64,000 bases of DNA from the IMG/VR virus record IMGVR_UViG_3300027712_000018; one strand, given 5' to 3'. Position 1 is the first letter of the stretch. Each line of letters opens with the position of its first letter. Source of the stretch: a virus. Under the pieces are notes generated by a model, which saw only the letters and a list, made by a program, of their open reading frames with translations, was not told the DNA's origin and made no database searches. Below, in pieces: positions 7,894 to 14,482 of this stretch. Position numbers and translations under genes: made by a program.

Positions 7894-8451
7894 TTATTTC
7901 TTAAACGTTGCAGTTACAGTCTTACCGCCAGCGATGTCGTTGATCGTTGACATGAAACCGCCAAGCGCACTTGTAGAGTTATTCAGACTACTCACAAGGC
8001 TGTCTGCAGCATTCTTAGCAGAAGTCAAAGATGCAATCGTTTCCGCTGCCGCACCACCCGCCACCGCCGCAGCAAGATCACTCGCCGCTGTCGCCGCATC
8101 CGTAACCGCATTAGTTATCGCCGATGTTAAAGTGGACTCGATATTAGATGCCAGCCCAGCGAGTTTACTAGAGATGCCACCCAACAGATCCGCAGTTCCG
8201 ATATGTTGCAACTTCTTAAAGGTATCATACCCAGGAATTAAATTCAACATCTTTTTCACCAAAGTCTGACCCGCCGCACTCATATTGTATGATACAAGAG
8301 AAGGTGCAGCAGATCCCGCCGTGTATGGGTTTGCAGCTAGTGCAATAACCAATCGTGAGATGCCAGCATAATGTGCTACTAGATCGTCGTCAACTCTATC
8401 CAATCTTGCATGGAGAGCTTGCAGTTGCGTATTTAAATTATTATCAGCCAT
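7894..8451 (-). CDS. hypothetical Ala/Ser-rich helical protein
   Basis: 185 aa ORF with AAGGAG RBS. Confidence 0.65.
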   Translation of the reverse strand: MADNNLNTQLQALHARLDRVDDDLVAHYAGISRLVIALAANPYTAGSAAPSLVSYNMSAAGQTLVKKMLNLIPGYDTFKKLQHIGTADLLGGISSKLAGLASNIESTLTSAITNAVTDAATAASDLAAAVAGGAAAETIASLTSAKNAADSLVSSLNNSTSALGGFMSTINDIAGGKTVTATFKK

Positions 8452-8476
8452 AATATATCACTCCTTTAAACACGTT

Positions 8477-8550
8477 TGGTGGACCGTATGGGAATCGAAC
8501 CCATTGACAGCGATCTTGCAAGGATCACCCGTAACCCCATTACACAGCCC
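8477..8550 (-). tRNA. tRNA-Ala(UGC)
   Basis: loop CT-TGC-AA and G3:U70 pair. Confidence 0.88.
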
Positions 8551-8558
8551 GTATTAGA

Positions 8559-8625
8559 CAGGATCGTTTTGTCCGCTAAGACATCATTGCATTGATTTAG
8601 CGTTTTGGTTTGCTGAACCGATCCT
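8559..8625 (-). ncRNA. Y-RNA-like small RNA, copy 2
   Basis: near-identical to 5043-5111. Confidence 0.6.
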
Positions 8626-8631
8626 TTAACT

Positions 8632-8721
8632 TGGCGGAGAGCGTGAGATTCGAACTCACGGAACGTTTCACCGTTCGGCAGTTTTCAAGACTGCAGGCAT
8701 AAACCACTCGCCCAGCTCTCC
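8632..8721 (-). tRNA. tRNA-Ser(UGA)
   Basis: long variable arm, loop CT-TGA-AA. Confidence 0.93.
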
Positions 8722-8727
8722 GTATTT

Positions 8728-8805
8728 TGGTTGCGGTGGGTAGGAATCGAACCTACGTATTCGGCTTATGAGACCGTGCTGGAACCACCTCCAGTCTACC
8801 CCGCA
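8728..8805 (-). tRNA. tRNA-Met(CAU), initiator-like
   Basis: GCGGGG...CCGCAACCA ends as in fMet tRNA; CAT anticodon. Confidence 0.85.
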
Positions 8806-8808
8806 AAA

Positions 8809-8900
8809 CTCTGTTTTTATCTACACTGGCTAACTTCGGATCCTTGGCCAAGGCGTTCTAGTAGTTAGCAACTCACCCGTCAGTGTAGATAAAAACAGAG
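8809..8900 (-). ncRNA. structured RNA closed by a 20-bp perfect inverted repeat
   Basis: CTCTGTTTTTATCTACACTG / CAGTGTAGATAAAAACAGAG. Confidence 0.45.
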
Positions 8901-9017
8901 ACAATCAACTCTGCTTACACACGCACCCCATCTAGTGGACTAATCTCAGCAAAGTGTTTTGGGCGGCCTACCCTCATTTGCGGGGCGCATGTGTAAACAG
9001 AATCGCTTCTGTTTATC

Positions 9018-9097
9018 TTTTCAAAGAACACGAAGGTCTTTTCGTTCCCTTCATATACTATATATACGTTCTGTAACCGAATGTCAAGAACTATTTT
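9018..9097 (-). promoter_or_regulatory. sigma70 promoter followed by a hairpin and a boxA-like antitermination site
   Basis: TTGACA-17 nt-TATAGT, GAAGG...CCTTC hairpin, TGTTCTTTGAAAA. Confidence 0.55.
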
Positions 9098-9101
9098 GTG
9101 T

Positions 9102-9221
9102 CAGGATCAACTTTTTGCTACGTGTGCTACCATTACACTAATGCCTCTTACGAGAGCACCTAGGATTCGAACCTAGACTTCGATCTTTCAAGGATATGCA
9201 ATTTGTTGCTGTAATGATCCT
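9102..9221 (-). ncRNA. YrlA-like Y RNA with a permuted tRNA-like domain
   Basis: AGGATCA...TGATCCTG stem enclosing T arm (CTAGG-TTCGAAT-CCTAG), closed acceptor-like stem and D arm (GTGTAATGGTAGCAC); directly downstream of the TROVE-like gene. Confidence 0.7.
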
Positions 9222-9241
9222 ATATTAGTAGCCACGACCCA

Positions 9242-10672
9242 TTACAGGTCGTAGCGAGAGTTCATCAGAGTCTTCAACATGACGTTGTAAGGAGTGTAAT
9301 CCTCAAGGTCATTTGCAAGAACACTCTTCATCACTGAAGGAGAGAAACCAGAAACAAGCGCAGTACCGTTCTTGTCGAACTTAACAGGAGTGTTACCGTT
9401 TTCCTTACCTTGCATTGACAAGTTCCAGAAGACGATCTTAGGAACATTGTAACCCGCTTCCTTGTACTTACGCTTGATCATCTGCACTGCAGTGTCATCG
9501 TACTTGGTGCAAGAGTCAAATTGCATGTCCGAAAGGATCAGAAGCATGTCTGGCATATCTTCCTGAGAAACTTTACCCTTGACAGCAACTTTGAGTATTT
9601 CATCAAATGCTGCATGAAGGTTAGTACCCATCTGCCAGTCTGCCTTTGACATCTGTTCCATCTTCTGAGACAGAGTGCCTTTCACGTATTCCATCTTTGG
9701 CTTCGAAGAGAAGGTCAGGAATACATCCTTGAAGACGCCAGTGTTCTTATCGGCACAGTAAAGACCAAGGGAAACAGCAATGTCGATTGGTTGCAATTGG
9801 CTGGCTGAGGTGTACCACAACGAACCCATAGAAGCTGAAACGTCTACCATAGGCAGAACCTTCGCATCACCGATATAGTTAGGCAGAGCCTTCCATTGTT
9901 CATCGGCGACCGCTTTGTTACCCTTGACTACAGACTTCACGACATCATACGGATATACCGCACCAGCGTTGATCTTAACCTTTGGGTCACGTTCTGCTTG
10001 AGGCTTCTTCAGTTCCGCAATGTAGGCAGAGTAGGACTCTTTTGCATTACGACCGAAAGCCTTTTGGTAACGAGCAGATGCAACAGAAGGAACATGCGAG
10101 AAGTTGATGGCATCCCATTCCTTTGCACACATCTGAGTTTCAACGACATTGGTCAAACCGACAATCAACTTACGGTATGCCTTTGGAGACAAACCAAGGT
10201 AGCGAGTCAGTTCAACGGCGACAGGGCCCTTACGTGGCATCCACTTTGCTGCCAGACCATTCTTCGCCTGTAGAGCCTCTGCGATCAAGGCGAACGCCTG
10301 ATTGCGGTTGATAGGATCTTTGTAGGTAAAGAGGTCATCCCAACGACCAAGTGCAGGGATTTTGTGCATCAACTTACCAGCCAGAGTTGGGTCGGTGGAC
10401 TCTAGTGCTGATAGCAGATTACGGAAGGTAGCACGTTCGCCCGCACCCTCACGAATGTCACGAGCCCACTGCAGCATACGCAGAGTGAGGTCGGCATTCT
10501 CAACGAAAGAGGTTACGAATTGTTTAGTGATATCGGTGCCACGGGCAGAACCAATAAGACCGAAGAGATCCAAAACAGGAGATGCCGAAGTGGCACGAGC
10601 CTTCATACCATTTTCGGTTCTTTTAATAACTTTCCCAGATTGATTTTTCACCGCTTCAACGAATGAAGTCAT
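9242..10672 (-). CDS. TROVE/Ro60-like RNA-binding protein with C-terminal vWA domain (DUF2828 type)
   Basis: TENG, RDIREGAGER, GRWDD, AAKWMPR, MIDAS DVSASM, SDMQFD, IVFWNL, SGFS motifs. Confidence 0.85.
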   Translation of the reverse strand: MTSFVEAVKNQSGKVIKRTENGMKARATSASPVLDLFGLIGSARGTDITKQFVTSFVENADLTLRMLQWARDIREGAGERATFRNLLSALESTDPTLAGKLMHKIPALGRWDDLFTYKDPINRNQAFALIAEALQAKNGLAAKWMPRKGPVAVELTRYLGLSPKAYRKLIVGLTNVVETQMCAKEWDAINFSHVPSVASARYQKAFGRNAKESYSAYIAELKKPQAERDPKVKINAGAVYPYDVVKSVVKGNKAVADEQWKALPNYIGDAKVLPMVDVSASMGSLWYTSASQLQPIDIAVSLGLYCADKNTGVFKDVFLTFSSKPKMEYVKGTLSQKMEQMSKADWQMGTNLHAAFDEILKVAVKGKVSQEDMPDMLLILSDMQFDSCTKYDDTAVQMIKRKYKEAGYNVPKIVFWNLSMQGKENGNTPVKFDKNGTALVSGFSPSVMKSVLANDLEDYTPYNVMLKTLMNSRYDL

Positions 10673-10673
10673 T

Positions 10674-11345
10674 TTATGTATCCTTTGCTGTTTTCAATCT
10701 TATCTTTGCTTCGCTAGAAGTATGTTGCACATACTCCCAATCTTTTTTGTCGCCTTCTTGACTCCAAAACTTTTCTTTAGATATTGTAACACGTTTACCA
10801 AATTTGTCAACAACTATTACGCTACCAACAAAATTATGAGTTCCCTTTTCAATTTTATTTCTATTGTTCTCAGAAGCCATTTTTGAACCCGCTTCTCCAG
10901 AGAATAGATTAGTTCCATTTTCAACTTGCTTCCGACTTCTTATTTTGGAAGACTCAGACATTTTTCTTCTTGTTTGGTCGTCAAAGTCGTTATAACATTT
11001 GCCATATCTGCTTTGACGTATTTTTTCTTTGTGTTCTTCACAAAATTTTATACCTTTAGGACTACCATCTAACCCATTTTCTTCTTTTAAGTTTGCCCAT
11101 TCTTCTGAATTTGCAATGTTGTTTTTTATTGAAAATTCTATCGCAAAAGATGAACACAAAATTTCATTGTCAAACAAACCTAAAATTTCTGTAGTGAAGT
11201 CATTACCGTGTTTTTTAAGGTGTTTTTTCCAGTAAACACCAGACCCTTTATATTTGAATGGATCTTTCCGTGTTGTTTTACCAAAGTATTTTAAACCAGT
11301 TTTGTTATGAGTTTTTACATAAAGATAGATCATTATTACCTCCAC
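10674..11345 (-). CDS. GIY-YIG (Seg-like) homing endonuclease
   Basis: IYLYVKTH..TGLKYFGKT, YKGSG, NUMOD3-like HKEKIRQS; AT-rich relative to flanks. Confidence 0.8.
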   Translation of the reverse strand: MEVIMIYLYVKTHNKTGLKYFGKTTRKDPFKYKGSGVYWKKHLKKHGNDFTTEILGLFDNEILCSSFAIEFSIKNNIANSEEWANLKEENGLDGSPKGIKFCEEHKEKIRQSRYGKCYNDFDDQTRRKMSESSKIRSRKQVENGTNLFSGEAGSKMASENNRNKIEKGTHNFVGSVIVVDKFGKRVTISKEKFWSQEGDKKDWEYVQHTSSEAKIRLKTAKDT

Positions 11346-11389
11346 AATCTATTTTTATTTATTATATTATTGTTTTCAGTACGTGTATT

Positions 11390-11465
11390 CAGGATCGTGC
11401 CTTTCGGCTTTGTTTTCATTACAAGTGAAATGCTCTATGAGCTGTTTTGTTGCAGTAACGATCCT
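11390..11465 (-). ncRNA. Y-RNA-like small RNA, copy 4
   Basis: AGGATCGTTACTGCAA...CGATCCTG; internal anticodon-like hairpin TTTCA-CTTGTAA-TGAAA. Confidence 0.6.
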
Positions 11466-11513
11466 TGATAGATTAATAGTAACACCTTCATTCGTAGATG
11501 TCAACTATTATTT

Positions 11514-11588
11514 TGGAGCGGGTGGTGGGATTTGAACCCACGACAGCTTCGTTGGCAACGAAGTACTCTACCCCTGAGTTACACCCGC
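11514..11588 (-). tRNA. tRNA-Gly(GCC)
   Basis: CTTCG-TTGCCAA-CGAAG arm. Confidence 0.93.
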
Positions 11589-11597
11589 AATTCTGAT

Positions 11598-11673
11598 TGG
11601 CACCGTGCATGGGCTTCGATCCCATCCCATATCAGTCACAGTGAGATATGCTTCCATTTACACTTGTCACGGC
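11598..11673 (-). tRNA. atypical tRNA-His(GUG), possibly degenerate
   Basis: loop CT-GTG-AC; bulged acceptor stem; T loop ATCGAAG. Confidence 0.6.
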
Positions 11674-11676
11674 ATT

Positions 11677-11865
11677 CTAGTTTTGCTTACCAACTACAAG
11701 TGAATCATCTACTACATTGAGACTATCCAAATATACCCATACTCCAGGACCTGGGTATGTCGGATCCCATTTTACTAATGCACCAGTATCTTCTATTCGG
11801 ATGATCTGACCCACCCAACCAGTATACTCGTTGCCATACCTCGTTACTTTATCGCCGACTTTCAT
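11677..11865 (-). CDS. small SH3/KOW-like hypothetical protein
   Basis: MKVGDKV...G.I......VKW pattern; GGAG RBS. Confidence 0.6.
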   Translation of the reverse strand: MKVGDKVTRYGNEYTGWVGQIIRIEDTGALVKWDPTYPGPGVWVYLDSLNVVDDSLVVGKQN

Positions 11866-11886
11866 ATGTATCTCCACATTAAGAAT

Positions 11887-11961
11887 TGGTACTGGATAGT
11901 GGGATCGAACCACGTCCACCTCAGTCACAGTGAGGGATGCAACCATTACACCTTATCCAGC
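11887..11961 (-). tRNA. tRNA-His(GUG), alphaproteobacterial type
   Basis: CCTCA-CTGTGAC-TGAGG arm; A73 and no encoded G-1. Confidence 0.88.
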
Positions 11962-12067
11962 ATTATAGCGCCACCAAGTTATCGTCTATTAATAAAAAGT
12001 CTGGGTAGCTACTCCCGCTTTATTACATACCATCACAGTATTTGTCTCGAATAACTCAGTTACTACT

Positions 12068-12148
12068 TGGAGCCCCAGGAGGGATTCGAACCCGCATCTT
12101 CCATCCATTATCCTGCTCTTCGTTCGTAGCGAAGGGGAATACTGAGGC
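12068..12148 (-). tRNA. non-canonical tRNA-Arg(ACG) lacking a D arm
   Basis: acceptor GCCTCAG/CTGGGGC, CTTCG-CTACGAA-CGAAG arm, T arm, long variable region. Confidence 0.65.
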
Positions 12149-12152
12149 GTAT

Positions 12153-12226
12153 TGGTGCTGCTAGGAAGAATCGAACTTCCGTCTCATCCTTACCAAAGAT
12201 GAATAATACCTTTATACTATAGCAGC
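12153..12226 (-). tRNA. tRNA-Thr(GGU)
   Basis: loop TT-GGT-AA. Confidence 0.9.
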
Positions 12227-12233
12227 GTTGTTT

Positions 12234-12307
12234 TGGTACTCTCAAGAGGATTCGAGCCTCTTCTTCCTCCATGTCGGGGAGGCGTCCTACCATTAGACGA
12301 TGAGAGT
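12234..12307 (-). tRNA. tRNA-Val(GAC)
   Basis: CCTCC-CCGACAT-GGAGG arm (C33). Confidence 0.8.
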
Positions 12308-12312
12308 ATAAT

Positions 12313-12386
12313 TGGTGCTCCCAACGGGACTCGAACCCGTTTCAACTGATTGAAAGTCAGCTATCCTACCCGTAGACGATGGGAGC
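12313..12386 (-). tRNA. tRNA-Glu(UUC)
   Basis: loop CT-TTC-AA. Confidence 0.92.
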
Positions 12387-12392
12387 ATGATA

Positions 12393-12483
12393 TGGTGGGG
12401 AATGGACGGATTCGAACCTCTTGCCGTTTCCGGGACAGGGTTACAGCCTGCCGCTAGGACCACCTAGCCTTATTGCACTCCCC
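12393..12483 (-). tRNA. tRNA-Tyr(GUA)
   Basis: loop CT-GTA-AC, variable arm; extra nucleotides before the D arm. Confidence 0.8.
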
Positions 12484-12488
12484 AAACT

Positions 12489-12563
12489 TGGTAGTCCTAG
12501 GGTGAATTGAACACCCGACCTAAGAGTTATCAGCTCTTCGCTCTACCACTGAGCTATAGGACC
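12489..12563 (-). tRNA. tRNA-Ile(GAU)
   Basis: AAGAG-CTGATAA-CTCTT arm. Confidence 0.93.
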
Positions 12564-12652
12564 AAACTCTATTGTTGCGCTTCTACGAGAGGCGTTAAGA
12601 GAAAATTTCAGCCAGAAATTCTTTTAATGTGCAGCTGGATCTGACACAGTTC

Positions 12653-12727
12653 TGGTGTCGAGGGGCAGAATCGAACTGCCTACGCCTTGCTCTTCAGGCA
12701 AGCGCTCTACCATTGAGCTACCAAGAC
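12653..12727 (-). tRNA. tRNA-Phe(GAA)
   Basis: CTTGC-CTGAAGA-GCAAG arm. Confidence 0.9.
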
Positions 12728-12733
12728 ATCATT

Positions 12734-12810
12734 TGGTGTGCCGAGTGGGAGTCGAACCCACGACCTTGAGATTAAGAGTCCCCTGCTCTAGACCACTGAG
12801 CTACCGGCGC
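12734..12810 (-). tRNA. tRNA-Lys(CUU)
   Basis: loop CT-CTT-AA. Confidence 0.92.
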
Positions 12811-12904
12811 ATTACTTAGAAGATACACTACATGTTGCAGAGGTTTATGCTGCTCCACAACTACTTACCAACAGCGTCTGGGCGGTAGTGTATCATCAAA
12901 GTAA

Positions 12905-12981
12905 TGGTGAATCGGGTGGGGTTCGAACCCACGTTGACACGGATTAAAAGTCCATCGCTAAACCAACTCAGCTACCGATCC
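12905..12981 (-). tRNA. tRNA-Lys(UUU)
   Basis: loop CT-TTT-AA. Confidence 0.92.
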
Positions 12982-13113
12982 ATTCTTCAAAGCCATCTTA
13001 TCGTCACGGCGTTGAACCTTCTTTGGCTTCCCGTGAGCACCACAAACCTTGAAGCGCATATGCTCCACGAAAGGATTGCGTTGTTTGGGAAGTTCCTTAT
13101 GTTTTCGTTTCAT
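12958..13113 (-). CDS. small basic protein (51 aa, MKRKHKELPKQRNPFVEHMRFKVCGAHGKPKKVQRR...) with its stop inside tRNA-Lys
   Basis: hand-translated; AAGGAG RBS; TAG lies in the tRNA D arm. Confidence 0.6.
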   Translation of the reverse strand: MKRKHKELPKQRNPFVEHMRFKVCGAHGKPKKVQRRDDKMALKNGSVAELV

Positions 13114-13306
13114 TTTCCTTCTCCTTGAAGATCACGGTCATCTTACCGTTAGACCACTGTTTCAACACGAACATATTGTATTTCCAAACACCATACTTAC
13201 GATGTACACTGTTTAGGTAACTTAGATTTCCTGAGTGGATCATGTCATTTCCTCTTCCGACATTGTTTTTATAACACAAACAAAACACAATGTCAAGAAC
13301 TATTTT

Positions 13307-13381
13307 TGGATGGGGAGGTAGGATTCGAACCTACGGTACACGCATTCAAAGTGCGATGCCTTACCACTTGGCCACTCCCCA
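13307..13381 (-). tRNA. tRNA-Gln(UUG)
   Basis: U1-A72 pair, loop CT-TTG-AA. Confidence 0.93.
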
Positions 13382-13386
13382 ACAAC

Positions 13387-13492
13387 TCTGTTTACAACTG
13401 TTATGTACGTTCATCAACCAACTGAGCTGCTCGGGGATTTTCCCCCAAGGATGGACTCGAACCACCGACCTCACATAACATGTGAAAACAGA
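13387..13492 (-). ncRNA. circularly permuted tRNA-like RNA (YrlA-like architecture)
   Basis: T arm GGTGG-TTCGAGT-CCATC, closed acceptor CTTGGGGG/TCCCCGAG, D-arm-like GCTCAGTTGG, long closing stem. Confidence 0.6.
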
Positions 13493-13544
13493 ATCATCTG
13501 TTTCCAGTTCCGTCATCGGGTAACCCCTAGGAACAGTTTCTAAA

Positions 13545-13634
13545 TTTTGAAAGAGCAAGGGGAGATTGATGTCATCTCTTCGTCCCCACATCCTCACCAT
13601 ACATCAAACAAAAACGTATGTCAAGAACTATTTT
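13545..13634 (-). promoter_or_regulatory. sigma70 promoter followed by a hairpin and a boxA-like site
   Basis: TTGACA-17 nt-TATGGT, then TGCTCTTTCAAAA. Confidence 0.55.
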
Positions 13635-13706
13635 TGGTGGTGCCAGATGGACTCGAACCATCTCAACGGGCTTATGAGACCCATGTCCGCCCCATGCGGT
13701 GTCACC
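13635..13706 (-). tRNA. tRNA(CAU), Met or Ile2, short D arm
   Basis: loop CT-CAT-AA, canonical T arm. Confidence 0.75.
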
Positions 13707-13712
13707 ATAACT

Positions 13713-13790
13713 TGGAGGTTGAGGAGAGATTCGAACTCTCGGCTTTACGGATTTGCAATCCGCCCCCTTGGACCACTCGAGCACTCAACC
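13713..13790 (-). tRNA. tRNA-Cys(GCA)
   Basis: loop TT-GCA-AA, U73. Confidence 0.92.
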
Positions 13791-13795
13791 GTATT

Positions 13796-13826
13796 AAAAA
13801 ACCCTCCTAGACTTTCGTCTGGAGGG
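13796..13826 (-). terminator. attenuator terminator upstream of the tRNA array
   Basis: CCCTCCAGAC-GAAA-GTCTAGGAGGG followed by TTTTTT. Confidence 0.8.
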
Positions 13827-13855
13827 CTCTTTGATAAGGTATTTTAGAAATATCC

Positions 13856-13942
13856 CTATATAGAACCCCCACGCATACGAATATACTCGCCGGTAAAGAC
13901 CGAGCGCTTCGCATTCATTGGTGACTGTAGATGGCAGAGCAT
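13856..13942 (-). CDS. attenuator leader peptide MLCHLQSPMNAKRSVFTGEYIRMRGGSI
   Basis: hand-translated; AAAGGA RBS; 18 different amino acids; overlaps antiterminator arm GGGGGTTCT. Confidence 0.7.
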   Translation of the reverse strand: MLCHLQSPMNAKRSVFTGEYIRMRGGSI

Positions 13943-14011
13943 TTAGGGGAGTTCCTTTGTTCGTTGTTACTTATATTTATACTAGTTTGGTCGTGATGTC
14001 AAGAACTATTT

Positions 14012-14458
14012 TCAAGAAATGAAACTTTTTAGTTGCCAGTGCATTTTCTCATGAAAATCAATGCGGTCTTCTAGGAAGTTCACGATGCCGTACTTCTTTG
14101 CAGCAGCGGCGATGTCGTGGGCTACGTAGAGTTCCTTGATCATGATTTCGTTGTCAGCATATAGTTTTGAGAACATTCCACTTGCTGATGGCACGTTAGT
14201 CTCGTCAGCGATCTTGGTTAGGTCTGCGAACCGTGCCAACGATCCTGGAACGAACGTGTCTAGGGTGCGATTGTGTTCTGCATACGAATCGACTGATTCC
14301 CACACAGCTTCATAGAAGTCACCAAAGAAGTCATGGTATTCGGAGAAGTTTGGGCCAGTTACGTTCCAGTGAAAGTTGTGGGTCTTCAGATACAACGAGA
14401 ACGCTGTAGCTTGAAGCACCTTGAGTTGTTCAATAAGTTTTTCCATAATAGTCCTCAT
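14012..14458 (-). CDS. dps: Dps / ferritin-like DNA protection protein
   Basis: KTHNFHWNVTGPNF..YH..F, D..AE, HEKMHWQL motifs. Confidence 0.92.
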   Translation of the reverse strand: MRTIMEKLIEQLKVLQATAFSLYLKTHNFHWNVTGPNFSEYHDFFGDFYEAVWESVDSYAEHNRTLDTFVPGSLARFADLTKIADETNVPSASGMFSKLYADNEIMIKELYVAHDIAAAAKKYGIVNFLEDRIDFHEKMHWQLKSFIS

Positions 14459-14482
14459 GTTTCTATATGGTTATTTATAAAA

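Noticed and set aside
5043-8625. The 70-nt repeat pair as a CRISPR array or mobile-element ends
   Set aside because: There is no regular repeat-spacer period, cas gene or transposase; the repeats fit a structured RNA family with two more divergent copies.
8809-9004. Self-cleaving ribozyme in the long hairpins
   Set aside because: I found no complete hammerhead core (CUGANGA...GAAA) or other ribozyme core by eye.
13361-13847. ORFs 13361-13600, 13572-13784 and overlapping plus-strand ORFs
   Set aside because: They overlap tRNAs, a promoter and a tRNA-like RNA, so they are probably not coding.
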